A stretch of DNA of 59,905 nucleotides, the filler included, from Sphacelaria rigidula (Eukaryota), in assembly GCA_964200075.2 (NCBI GenBank). It is 8 parts of 8 records of this genome, joined end to end, with 100 filler letters (N's around TTAATTAATTAA, not from the genome) between each part and the next. Parts side by side here need not be neighbours in the genome. Positions count along the whole stretch, not along the records: positions 22,504 to 29,904 come from CAXNAA020015090.1; positions 30,005 to 37,405 come from CAXNAA020015091.1; 6 more parts are not named here. One strand, 5' to 3'. The position numbers and the translations under genes are program-made. Under the pieces are notes generated by a model. That model did no database searches. It saw only the letters and a list, made by a program, of their open reading frames with translations, and had not been told where the DNA came from. Of the stretch, positions 24,406 through 36,249 are shown one piece after another. Each line of letters starts with the position of its first letter. Position 1 is the first letter of the stretch.

Positions 24406-25270
24406 TTGCACGAGATCCTTCCTACATATATTATCCCCTTCCTGATTCACCGTCTGTGACCACCATATGTGTCCTAGTACAACCATCGTTTTCTCGATAC
24501 TATCTGACGTACGTATCAAACCGTTTCATGGCACCTTCGTTTTACTCTCCACATTTCTCTCTCGAACACATCCCAGTCCTCCTACGTAGTATGGTTCACC
24601 TTTTGCCACTGTCTGTATGACATTTATCTCTGTTGCTTTGCCACAGGGGCAATTGCGTGCATCTGCTTCCTCCTTCGCACGACTACTGGTACTACTGGTA
24701 CACCTGTTTCTTCTTTCAGGCAGGTTCGGGGCCTGCACCCGAAATCGCAATTTCACTTTTTTCGCGGGAGTGGGCCCTGCAGGTATGTTTTCACCCCTAT
24801 CCCTTCTCTCAACCCCCCCCCGTGAATCTTCAGGGACTCTTCCTCGTCCACTTTCCGTCCTGGCGCTTGTTTTCCTAATGTTTCCATCGTGTCTCTCAAT
24901 TTTGTTTTGAACCTGCCGCATTGCATTCATCTATGGACAGTACCTCGTCTTGAACTCCTTCTGCACCCTTCCATACTTCCTCGACTACGCTATCCCACCT
25001 TATTCCAGCCTGTCCTCTCGTTACTTTCTGCCATACAGCTCCATCAAGTACGGCTTGCTATCTCCTTCTCGGCATGTTCCTTGCGTCATAATTGTCATTT
25101 CAATGGTCGCAACTTTTTTTGTTCTGAAGTGCGTACATTCCCAACCCTGCTCTCAAAACTGTATTTCTCGTTGTATTTGAGCACACCCGAGTATATTCTT
25201 AGCTGCCGTGATCTGTGCTGTTTCCAGCTGCTTCACCAACCTCGCCTACATTTTGTGACAAAACTACATT
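24405..25270 (-). mobile_element. Degenerate LINE ORF2 C-terminal fragment
   Basis: CSNTTRNTVLRAGLGMY.., KLRFRV..NLPERR, NCPCGKATE (C-terminal Zn knuckle); homologous to 30137-30700. Confidence 0.75.
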
Positions 25271-25679
25271 AAAACATCTGCTTCGAGACTTTTTGGGGGG
25301 GTTTCCGGAGGAAGCACGGGGTTTCATTGAGAATAAAGGCGTGTTTTTCATGTGCTGTGTCAGAACAATTGAAAATTCTGCACCCTCGCCGGGGACGTCT
25401 TCTATTCATAATCGGCCATGCAATACTTCAGCAGCTACTCGCCCCCCGTCCACGCAGCTGAGAACAGGTCGATACCTACTAGATGCGTGTTTTGAAGTAA
25501 GGCCAGCGAGCGTATCGGTCTCCGCGCTACTTTCCGCCCTGTCCGCGTACAATTTGTCTCGTTAACAAATCGAAACATGTATGTTGGAGTCGGTACAACT
25601 TGACCACAGAGGGTAACATATATATATATATATATATATATATTCAGACCCGCAGTCGAAAGGGTTGATAAGTCATTCA

Positions 25680-25900
25680 GTGATTGATTGATGGATGATT
25701 GATCGTCGTACTTTAACTGACCCTCCAGGGGTCCAGCCGTGATCTCATAATAGACGCACCAAAGAAAAACGAATTGAAACACGCTTCAAGGAAAACACAA
25801 AGAAAAATAGAAAAAGGAACAGAAAAAAAAACTCAGTACACACACTAAATGCCAGTGATACTACATCTTGGCTACAATATTCACTTTGTTTTGACCAAAA
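25680..25900 (-). mobile_element. (CAAT)n-tail retroelement 3' end
   Basis: Reverse complement of the 24325-24405 terminus with its T-rich upstream region. Confidence 0.7.
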
Positions 25901-26499
25901 AGCCAAGAGAAAAAAAAATACCACGCGATCGAGAAGACGGGTGTACCGTTGTGTACATTTGACAGTTGAGGAGCACGAAAGAACCATTCAGATTTTCGGG
26001 TAGGTACCAGAGGGCGCTCGAAATCGCGGGTCGAAACGCGACCATGTTGTGCGGATTTGCTCTGCTTTATATTGAAAAATGAGGCCGGAGAAAAGGGGCT
26101 GCCTGCATAGCACTCATGAAGCATCTGACAACTACTCAGCCTCTCGGGCCACAGCTACTCTAGCTGGCACGCCCTTAATTAGTGAAACGGTACATGGCCG
26201 CTTGTGTGTACCGTACAGACAGTCTGACGTGGCGGTCTGTAAGATAAGAGTCTAGTGTTCCTTCGAGTTTGTCGACCGCATGCTTTCGATCGAAATTTTC
26301 GATCGAAAAAGCTTAGTTTCGTTATTATTTACTTTGTCTCCGCACGCCACTAATTATAAAATATAGTTGAAGCCAACTAGAAACAGAGATACGGTGGACC
26401 TATCAGATCGATTTTTTTCGTCTTCACCGCACTTTTTCGTTCGAAAAAAATGTGCTGAGACACGCCCTGAGACACGCCCCAAGACACGGCCTTAAGCCG

Positions 26500-28930
26500 C
26501 TTCTTATAGGTTGAAAAAAGTCACTGAAAAAAGATCGGGTGGACGACTTTCCTCATTGACTTTTTTCAGAGAAGTCAGTTTTCAAAGCCCCCACCTTTTA
26601 GTCTACGAAAAATCCCGGGGATTTGTACACCCGAGATCATCATCGAGCCTGCGTGCAGACGATGATAGTGACCATCATTTGCATTTTATGCTTGTGCCTC
26701 CTGCGGGAAACTAAGACATAATCCCGTCAAGGTACAGCATAGATTGCATGTCAACACACACAGTAGCTACTGGTACAATAGGGATCGAAGTGACAGGCGT
26801 ATCAACCCTTCCTTCAGCCGACCGCCGGTCGGTACGGTAGTAGTGTCGCAAGCCGTGCAATGTGCAGCAGTACGGTTTGTGCTATACCGCACACAACTAA
26901 CTCACATGACAGTCAGTAGTGCGGTAGCAACCGTGTCATTTTATTATTTTTTTGTTATTTTCATTATTCGTTGCACTTTGCACTTTGGACTCCTCTCCTT
27001 CCTCGGGACGACTCCGTGGTCTCAATGGATCAACCCATCTCTCCCCGGTGTCAGTACACAGAATACTACAGAGTTCGCAGTCGGTGGCGGGCACGACGAG
27101 TATGAAACGATACGAGCAGTCAATACAGCCGGCAGGGGCGACACCGTGCTACTTTTTAGTAGTAACGCTGCCGGTCAAAAAGCACCGTACTGTACGTCAT
27201 ACTGTCTGTCCCAGGTCCTACGGCCATGAAGAGGATACACGGAGTGCTGCAGCAGCTATGCTGTTGCTACGGTACTGTACATACAACATGCATAGCTACT
27301 TTTGCACTGACTGTATTATTGCGGGTGCGGTGTGTGAGGAGTGTGTGATGGAACGTCACTTTCCAGACAGTTTGATCTCACTGAGAACTGAGGCCGCTTC
27401 CCGTAGACCGAAAAAAGTCACTGAGAAAAGTCGTTTTGGTCACTTGCCAGATACTTTTTTCAGAACGCGACCCTGTGCGAGCAGGGCAATTGATCATGAA
27501 AGACTCTGGAAACTGACAGCCGTTTCCAGACAACGAGATTTTTCTAAATCTCTTCACAGAGACTATTCTCTGTTTGGAAAGTGACGTTCCGTCGCACACT
27601 CCTCCCCACCGCACCCGCGATGGTCCAGTCAATGATGGAGCACACACTCCTCGCATAGAAGTGTAGTACAGTCAGTGCAAAAGTAGCTATGCATGGTGTA
27701 TGTACAGTACCGTAGCAGCAGCATGATCGTGGGACCGGGGACAGTACAGTGCAGTACTTTTTCGCCGGCAGTGTTGCTACTATGAAATAGCACAGTGTCA
27801 CCCGGACTGGCTGTATTGACTGCTCGTATCGTTTCATACTCGTCGTGTCCGCCATCGATTGCGCACTCTGTTGTAGTCTGTGTACCAAGGCTGTTGCTAT
27901 GTCACTTGACTTTGTATGCGGTATGGCACAAACCGTACTGTTGCACACCACTCGCGACACTACTACTATGTACCAAGCAGCGGCCAGCTGAAGTAAGGGT
28001 TGATACGCCTGTTGTTTCGATCCCTATAACACCAGTAGCTACTGTTTGCGTGTGCGTGCGTTCGTGCGTGCGTGTGTGTTGTGTGTTTCGTTGCCATCCC
28101 ATACATCCTGTGCATGGAGGAGATAACGTGTAGTTTACCGCAGGTGGCACAAGCACAAAATGCAAATGATGACCAATACCGAGGCGACCTGAAATTTTGG
28201 TCGTACTTCTATTTTGATTTTCTTCAACATATTAACAGTTGTAACGCTACACACGTTGGACAGCTCATGAGCTAGCTTATCTGCGGGCCGTAGCTCACTT
28301 GTAGTCAAACATGTACATGTGAGCTACGTCCGACATCTCACCCAAGACAAATATGAGCTGATGAGCTACGAGTTGGTGACTCACCCAGGACAAATATGCG
28401 TAGCTCATGCAGCTCTCATAGCTTACCCAGGGAGAATCCGAGCTGATGAGCTACGTGTTGGTAGCTCATCCAGGGCAAACATGCGTAGCTCATGCAGCTC
28501 TCACAGCGCACCCAGGACGAATATCAGCCACGGGTTGGTAGCTCACGCAGGGCAAGCATGTGTAGCTCATACAGCTCTCATAGCTCACTCGGGAGCTAAG
28601 CTAAAAAAGAGCTAGCTCGAGCTACAGGGAGCTGATCTGTCCGACGTGTGAAAGCTTCAGGTCTACTGCCACCAACACCATCTGCACGCAGGCTAGATGA
28701 TGGCCTTAAGTGTACAAACCCCCTGGATTTTTTTCACGACAAGATCGAACTTTGAAAACTGGATTTTCTGAAAAGAGTAACTGAGAAAAGTTCGCCGCCC
28801 GAACTTTTTCCAGTGACTTTTCTTAGTCTACAAGAAACGGTCTGACGGTTTTTCTTAGCGAGATTTGGAAAAATCTCGCTGTCTGGAAACGGCTCGCAGT
28901 TTCCAGCGAATTTTCGTATGAAAAATGGCC
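26500..28930. repeat. Large diverged inverted duplication of a non-coding element
   Basis: 26500-27370 mirrors 27569-28177 plus 28676-28840 (e.g. GCACGACGAGTATGAAACGATACGAGCAGTCAATACAGCC vs its reverse complement); spacer motif 27509-27552 mirrors 28860-28906. Confidence 0.85.
28186..28663. mobile_element. AGCT-rich insertion with ~85-bp internal tandem units, nested in one arm of the inverted duplication
   Basis: Short inverted ends GACCTGAA / TTCAGGTC; units GAGCTGATGAGCTACG..GTAGCTCATGCAGCTCTCA at ~28355, 28440, 28530; absent from the other arm. Confidence 0.65.
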
Positions 28931-29904
28931 CTACAAGACCATATTTTATCCAACTCGAGCTTTTTTAGACCCCAATTTCTTCAAATTCACGAACGTGAAA
29001 CCGGGGGTACTGTTTTGTGGTACAGATAGTATCACAGATTTGTGAAACAGTTCTTCACACAGACGGTCATTTTCTGCATAAGTGTGGTACTTACTGCGTA
29101 CTCATGCATAAAGCCGAAGAGCAGGCAGCCGGCGAATGATCCTTCGAGTACAGTGTCGTACCTTGGTACGATAGGGTCATGCAGTGCAGCACACTCCATC
29201 AGTACAGTACATGATAATGCCGTGTGGTAGTACATGCTGACGGCAGCGACAAATCCTACATTAACACTTAGACAGCGACCCCCCCGCTGGTAGACTGAGG
29301 TAGACACTACACTCTTTAGGTTCAGAATAATTCCTTTGTCACAACTCAAAACGCCTACTCTACGGCGGAAGGGACCGGGAGTGCATAAGAGGCACGTTGT
29401 TGCGTCATTACACAGACGTGGTGTGGTTGTCGACCATCTGATTATTATGCCTCATATTTTTGCTGTGCAGTCTGTAGTGTATCGTGCCGCGGCTGCACGT
29501 GCAGTCTGCAGCGTACTGAATCTCACAGTGTTGAACGTGCCGAGTGTACGCAAAATGCGTTTGGCTATCGCACCATGACTACCGCCGCGAACGCCCCTGA
29601 TTACCGTAGAGCAATTGCTCGGCGATCACGGTCCCCGTACCGTCGACGTACTTGTCTACATCTAAATGCGTCGGGTACTCGTTGCCGCCGCTCGCGTGTT
29701 GCGCCATGACCTTTGATACCAGATGGAGGTGTGGAGCTAGTACGACGCTAAGGCAGTTCTGAACAGACAGACACAGTGTACCGAAGATGCTCAAACACAT
29801 ACTTTTCGGTTATAAAATCTATGGTTGATTTGGCATGCTCAAAATGAGTTATGAGGGTAGACAGCGAATGTGTCTACCAGGTGTCTACCTCTACCGTAAC
29901 AAAA

Positions 29905-30004
29905 NNNNNNNNNNNNNNNNNNNNNNNNNNNNNNNNNNNNNNNNNNNNTTAATTAATTAANNNNNNNNNNNNNNNNNNNNNNNNNNNNNNNNNNNNNNNN
30001 NNNN
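29905..30004. other. Artificial contig spacer
   Basis: Identical linker. Confidence 0.97.
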
Positions 30005-30112
30005 GTGAGTGGCGTGTTCTACAGCGTCATCGCCAACCGACGCCAACCCCATCGGGGGTCCGCCTCTACAAAGCCGGGACGGAGCACGCCGGGTTCTCGC
30101 CGGACCAGACTT

Positions 30113-30826
30113 GGGAGGGGGGGGGGATCGTACTCACTAGTTGCTTGCCTTGGTCGTTTGACTATTGACGACGCATCCCGTTCGAGACGGGGCACCATTC
30201 CTCCTCCTAATAGAGACACCTCCAACATTCCGGCGTTCATGACGTTCCTTCGATACATTGCACAAAAACCTTCTACATGTCTTCTCTCCGTCCTGTTTCG
30301 CCGTCTCTGGCCACCATCCATCTCCTAGTATCACCATCGTTTTCTCGCTACTGTCTAATGCCTCAAACGCTTCCATGACACCTTCGTTCACGTCCCGTTC
30401 CTCCCTGTATACTTCACATTTTGCAACTATATGACTTCCGCTTCCCATTGCTTTGTCACAGAGGCAGTTCTGTGCGTCCACTTCTTCCTCCACACGACTA
30501 CTGGTATATCTCTTCGTTTTGGCAGACCCAGGTCCCCCACCCAAAATCGCAGTTTCAAATTTTTCGCCGCGTTCATAGGGCCATTCAAATATGTTTTCAT
30601 CTCGATCCCCTCGTCCAATCCCCCGTACATCCTCACGTGTTCTATCTCGTCTATCTTGCGCCTAAGCGCTCCTTCTTCTTTTTCCCATCATGACGCGTAG
30701 TTTTCCTCCCGTACTCAGGGGCGTTATCCCTCTTTAGTTCCCTGGGTCAGCCTTGTCTCCTTTTTTGAAAAGATTGACCACTACTCCTTTTCGATTGACC
30801 ATTTTGGACGGGCTGTCTCCAAAATG
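30113..30826 (-). mobile_element. Internally deleted LINE: RT N-terminal motif joined to ORF2 C-terminus and poly(C) tail
   Basis: GVVVNLFKKGDKADPGN*RGITPLSTGGK (30790-30700); NCLCDKAMGSGSHIVAKC Zn knuckle; ORF end NGAPSRTGCVVNSQTTKASN*, then GAGTACGAT(C)n. Confidence 0.85.
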
Positions 30827-31369
30827 TTACCGCAGCACCGGAAGCGCCTGCGATCGTTTCCACCCGGTGTTGCCGCCCTGCGCAACACCTGCTGGCTGTC
30901 CGTGCTGGCCATGATGGGTCGCCGTCAAGGGATACTGTGGAGAAACGACGGGGGGGTTGGTCGTGGAAGCTAGAGAACCCCCCTGCGGTATTGCACGGGC
31001 CAGCCGCTGCCCCTGAAGGAGGAGGGGTGCTCCCAGCAGCCGCCGCTCCCGCGCCAACCGGCCGCTGCTCCAGGGACGGGGGCGTCGCTTGACATGTAGC
31101 CGTGGTTATTCTCTACAACACCGCAGTGTGTGTGAATCTCAGCGCTCAGCGCGACTACTGATCTCGCTGCAGGGTTGCCGTGGTAGCTGTGAACAAATTT
31201 GTTGGGGTCCGCGTGCATGTGTGCTCGACTGGACAATTGCGCCGTTGTCCGAACCCAACCCCATAAGCTACGTTTCGTGCCTTTCAACCGCGTGTTTTCG
31301 AAGACGATTGTGTTTTACCTCGTTGCATTCTTCTCCGCGCGCCGCTGGTTGTAATTTCGAGTTTGGAGC

Positions 31370-31475
31370 CTTCAAAGAACACAGATGCGGTGGATCTATC
31401 AGATCGGCAAGAATAAATTCGACCCCACTTTTTCGATCGAAAAAGGTGCTGAGACACGCATTAAGACACGGCTGG
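31370..31475 (+). repeat. Dispersed repeat shared with 26380-26500
   Basis: GGTGGA..TATCAGATCG...TTTTCG(A/T)TCGAAAA..GTGCTGAGACACGC..AAGACACGGC present in both contigs. Confidence 0.65.
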
Positions 31476-32321
31476 AGAGCTATATTCCGGCCTGAATAAT
31501 GTGCACGTCCTGACTTGATGTTCCTAGTCGCATCATATTTTTTCTTCCTCACACTTTTAATGAAGCCTCCACCTTCTTCCGGATGATCTCGTGGTCTCAA
31601 AAAAAGTCCATCCCTCCATCTCTCGACTGGCACAAGTTCGCTGTGTTTTATAACTCTCGAGCGTTTCAAGGTTTGCCTGATCCCTCCGAGAGTTGGATAA
31701 TAAAAAGCCGACGTTCAGAGTCCGCGAGAAAATCGCGAGTAACAAAAATGGACCCAGCATTCGACTTTCCGCCAGGATTTCATTCTCTTGGCAGCTGTAA
31801 GACACGACTTCAGTGTGAGAGTGCGCCGTGTGTTGTTATCCCACCTATTCTGTACGCCAGTCTGAGCCTTTTGGTATGTGCGGGCGCATCAGCCGGGGTT
31901 ACACAGGAGAAAGGTCAACACGAGTTATTTATTTTGCGTTAGCACCCCACCTTCCTTACTGCGGAGTGGTTCGAACTATTCAAGACATGGGATGTGGGGA
32001 GGAGAAAAGCGGAGAAGACCGCGAAATTCCGGTACGCATGTCAAATATCTCACAGTCAGTCAATACACAGGCCGGCAGTCTCCCGAACCTTCGAGATAGA
32101 GAGATAGCAAGAGAGAGAGGAAGCAGAAACACTCTCCCGATTCATGTATACAAAGATCGTCCCGCCCGCCTGACCAAACACGAGACGGTCGAAGGTACAA
32201 AGGTGTCCTTCGACCACGGACGTGAATGTGATAGACATGCCAGCAGGGGTTGAGTCGCCGCCGTACAACCTCTGCGTGTCATCGAACGGCCACATGAAAA
32301 ATGCGTGACAAACATGTATAT

Positions 32322-32520
32322 CATTATTATTTTCATTATACCCGCACATTAGTCCGACCTCGCGAACCCGTGGTCACCGACGTAGGCTCGCCTTTCCAAT
32401 ACCGTCCCTGCTTTTCCTTACAAGACAAAATCCAAAAATAGAAATAAAAAGAGAGACGCCACAAAAACAGATGAGAAGTAGCTCCCCGAGTTCAACGGGG
32501 AGAGAAAAGAAAGAAAAACA
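32322..32520 (-). mobile_element. Retroposon 3' end with AAT-type tail, in the selenoprotein intron
   Basis: GTGACCACGGGTTCGCGAGGTCGGACTAATGTGCGGG plus AAT tail, matching 6684-6789; T-rich upstream. Confidence 0.7.
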
Positions 32521-32616
32521 AACATATCAAAGGCATGGGAAAATTGTTACAGTGCGATAAGTTGGTGTCAAATCAATAATCGCTTCAGTAGCTTCACCAG
32601 AGAGAATGACTCGTAC

Positions 32617-32895
32617 CTCAATAATTGTCATCTTCTCAACGCTAATCTTCTCCTCCACCTCGTCAGAGTCGGCGTCGTAGATGAACAACACCGGCGGCTT
32701 TCCCCTCACAAAGTCCACCGTCACGTTCTCGTAGCTCAAGGCGTGCTCGGGATCCTTCAGGAATTTCTTGACTTGGGGGAGTTTGTTTAGTTTTCAGCCG
32801 CTGCAGGACTCGAAACGACCGCGCCGACCGGCGGCTACAGCCACGGCGTGCACCGCGAGGACTGCTCCAGCGACGAGAGCTACAAACAGGCGCAT
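32617..32895 (-). CDS. SELENOM: Selenoprotein M-like (SelM/Sep15 family), first coding exon with Sec UGA
   Basis: MRLFVALVAGAVLAVHAVAVAAGRRGRFESCSG-U-KLNKLPQVKKFLKDPEHALSYENVTVDFVRGKPPVLFIYDADSDEVEEKISVEKMTIIE then GAG|GTACGA donor; hydrophobic signal peptide, CxxU motif (TGA at 32796-32794), V.FVRG.PP.L motif of the Sep15/SelM domain. Confidence 0.92.
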
Positions 32896-33201
32896 CTGTC
32901 TTGTACAGTCGAGGGGGAAAATAGGAGAGTTTGCAATGATTTCGTGAACGTAAACGATGGCAGCAACGGATCTCGGAGGCAGGGCTCCGGAAAAATATCA
33001 CAAGGTGCCCTACGGTGGTTGTGCATACGATGGCCTGCATCGGCCAAAATGGCAGCGACGCATTGAAACAAAAGAGTAATAGTGAAAACACTGAGGCTCT
33101 GTTTTGGCCTGAAACAGGGCTGCTTCTCTTGTATGAAACGGTCATCACATAAGAAAGAGTTGCTGTTTCAGAGACTAGCAGATTGCCTCCCAATAAAGGT
33201 A

Positions 33202-34046
33202 CGAGCTGGGCCGGCTGTAAACCCAGCATTCTCTGCCGTCACCACAACTCTTCAAGTTTCCCAAATCAGCACGACCTGGGCATATCGCTGTGAACTGCAG
33301 ATTAACCCAGTAACATGAGGCACCGCCGCTGCTCGATTGGTGCACTATTGATGATGATGCTATTGTACTGCATTGAGTACCGAGTACGTCCCAGTTCTTT
33401 GTGCGACAGCGTGTCTGGAGACGTTTCGTTTTACAAAATGCGGTGGAATTACGATAGACCGTTGCGCCGCATAGGCACACGCACAACTGACATGCCCAGG
33501 CAAGAGCACTCTGGTCGTGCTCCAAGATGGTATCAAGCTCGTCATGAGCTCCATAATGGGAGATAACTTCCGAGCCAACTGTCGTATATCACCGCACGAG
33601 GGAGAAGTACTACTTGAAGCTGCGCTATACCCCCCCCCGAAAAGCGAGACCATCACCAAAACATCGAGAGACCCTTTGCAACCCAGAGGTACGAGAGGGT
33701 ATGCACGATTAGTGTGCACACAAAAACGCTGTTGTCGTCTCGGGATTCGAACTCGTGACCTGTCATTCACGGCTGTTGTAACAGTTTGACCACCGGAGTC
33801 ACACAAAAAGTGCCACGCGAAGCCCAATTTCACGTATTTTTGGTTGAAAATTCACAAGGACGTGGTTGACGCGAGTGCCGGTATATACCGCAGCGTTGTC
33901 ATCGTTTTCATCAATTTTTTAGGAGGTTACGGCATTTTCCTGTTTTTGCTGAAACTTCAACACGCTCCAACTTCCGGGTTTTTTTCTCCCCTCTGCACCC
34001 CTCACAGGGTTTTCGTTTAAAAATCACTGATGGCCGGCCCAGCTCG
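33202..34046. mobile_element. Non-autonomous Tc1/mariner-type element (845 bp)
   Basis: Perfect 14-bp TIR CGAGCTGGGCCGGC with TA on both sides; same TA-plus-TIR at 39543-39558. Confidence 0.8.
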
Positions 34047-34109
34047 TACTCGTACGGTGTCGCGAACGTTACTTCAAAAAGCGGACTTCGGCGGTGTGAT
34101 CATTCGTCA

Positions 34110-34825
34110 GGCCGCTTCAAATGGCCAACAAAATATGCTGTAAAGCCACCTTTTTAGTCCTTTGGCATATGTTTTGCTCTCGAAGAGGGTCAGGCGGATG
34201 TTGACACCTTGGAATGCTTATTCATGCTTTGCTATACTCGTTGAGGCCGTTCCAAGCCACCTTCGCGTTGTCCGGTGGCCGCAGTTTCTTTGGCCAATCT
34301 TGCATTTTCTTGGATGAACGATCAAGCCCATCTCCGCGACAATAGTTGCAATGGGCCTTTACTTCACGCAGTACTTTATTTTTGTCTGTTGCAACCCTTG
34401 ACTATCATGTACCCCGGAGTATATATATATATATATAGTCTAGGTTGTGAAAGCTCTGCAGTTCTTTCTGCTGCGCGGTTTTTTCTGGACTTGACCACTT
34501 GTCAATGAAAATGGAAGTTTGGCCGAAAAAACCTGCGGCCACCAGAAAACGCAAAGGTGTCCTGGAAACGTCTCAACAAGTTCAACTAGCAGTTTTTTTG
34601 GACTTGATACTGTACGTTGTCTTACCAAACGCACGTTTGGCCAAGAAGAAACTGCGACCACCGAAAAATGCCAAGGTGTCCTGGAAACGTCTCAACGGGT
34701 GTAGCAAGATTTTCCAAGGTGTCAACATCCGCACAGCCCTCTCTCACGGCGTAAAACGACCCAGAAGGACAAAAATCAAACAGTTTATCAGGATATTTCT
34801 TGTTTGGTTGCCAAAAGAAGCAGCC
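34110..34825. mobile_element. Fold-back MITE, probably PIF/Harbinger (Tourist-like), with ~120-bp internal tandem duplication
   Basis: Ends TCA|GGCCGCTTC ... GAAGCAGCC|TAA; arms share TGTTGACACCTTGGAA / TTCCAAGGTGTCAACA; related to 45561-46029. Confidence 0.7.
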
Positions 34826-36249
34826 TAAGGAGGAGAGCACCCGCGAAGCTTTCGGATTCTCTTCCCGAGCTATGGTGCATCCATCAACGACAGAGAGACT
34901 ACGAAAGGGACAGGAGAGAGACAGCACAAACCTGTTGTTTGGAATGAGGGTGAAACGTATGGACGTACGCTTTCTGCTAATGATCGAACCGTTCAGTCAA
35001 TAAATGCGGATCAATCTCGAACGTCACTTGTGCATGCATGGTTCAGCGGTTGCCTGTCCTGAAACTTGACGCAACCTCAAGCCATATGGCGGCGCTACTC
35101 TCATCCCAACGCCCTCAATTACACGCACCATGCGGCCTCATCTGAGCATCAGCGGAGGTGAGGCGCCGCACAAAACTTTCATGAGTGGGTCCCTGTGCAG
35201 TTCACTGGACCGGAACATATGACCAACACCTGCGGAGTAACTGCGTGTCAGCTGTGAGCACAGCACGAGATCGACAGCTGGTAAAAAAGGCATTTCACTA
35301 CCGCGACAAGACCCTGAGAGAAATACATGGCGCCTCCTCCCCTTGACAAGGTCTGAGGAGTCTCGGCAGCCTTCTTGGTGTTAGATGGAAGAGGTCGATG
35401 GTCTGTGAGACTAGGCAAATAGATCGCTAGGGGCCCGAATACAATAGTGCAGAGGGTGAACAAATGCTTGTTCTCTTCCGAGTTTACTCTGGACTTGTAG
35501 TACAATACCAGTCCACACTTCAGCTCTCTACCTATTGCGCCTACATTAAGACGACGACATGAGACACAGATGCCAAGACTACTTTATCTCAGAACCACTC
35601 ACGATACGGGGACCGCTCGTCCACAGGTTGATAGTTGCTGACTGACTGATCGAGGAGCGACGAATGTAGAATGTGGGGCATTCAACAGACGACAGTACAA
35701 GTGTGAGGAAATCTCTGTGCATGTGAACTATTTGGTCATTTTTCACACACGGGTAATATCACCCCCTGATAAGCTTCTTCAGCCTTGGTTTTCTCGTGAA
35801 CTGAGTTCATCGTGTCATCGAACGTGAATGGTTGTTATTATTAATGGGTGTAAATTATCAGAAATAATCAATTAATGACAGTCTAGTAGCTTAGCTATAT
35901 TTTGTAGAAAAAATTGACGTCGAGAATATTGCCATCTCGGGGTGGGGGGGTGTTATATTTCGCAATCTACTATTACGGGTGCATGTACAAGTAGTCCAGA
36001 CTTGCCGGGGCACGGCCTGTATGTTGTACCTGTATGGACGAGGCACTGTCACCGTGGGCTTTGCCAAGTAGGTGTATTAGGAGTAGTGCTGTTGTCAGTG
36101 ACACGTGCCTGCAATTACGTCACCGCCGATGCGCGCAGCAGCCTCAGCTCCAGCACGGTCGTTGCAAGACGTGCTGCCTCCCTCTCTCCGTACTTCAGTA
36201 CCCTCCCTGCATGCCGCAGACGACACAACAGTAGGAGTAACCGCGGGCA

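Noticed and set aside
23889-24620. 243-aa Phe-rich ORF resembling a membrane protein
   Set aside because: Translation of a T-rich retroelement 3' region; same for 6309-6581 and 17474-17940
28330-28620. CRISPR-like array
   Set aside because: Degenerate tandem units without unique spacers, eukaryotic context, no cas genes
30830-31110. GC-rich open frame as the final SelM exon
   Set aside because: Low-complexity translation with no similarity to the expected short SelM C-terminal helix
31745-32290. Candidate SECIS hairpins downstream of the SelM exon (ATGA-started stems near 32283 and 31785, minus strand)
   Set aside because: Both lack the 3' GA needed for the non-Watson-Crick quartet, and they are probably intronic
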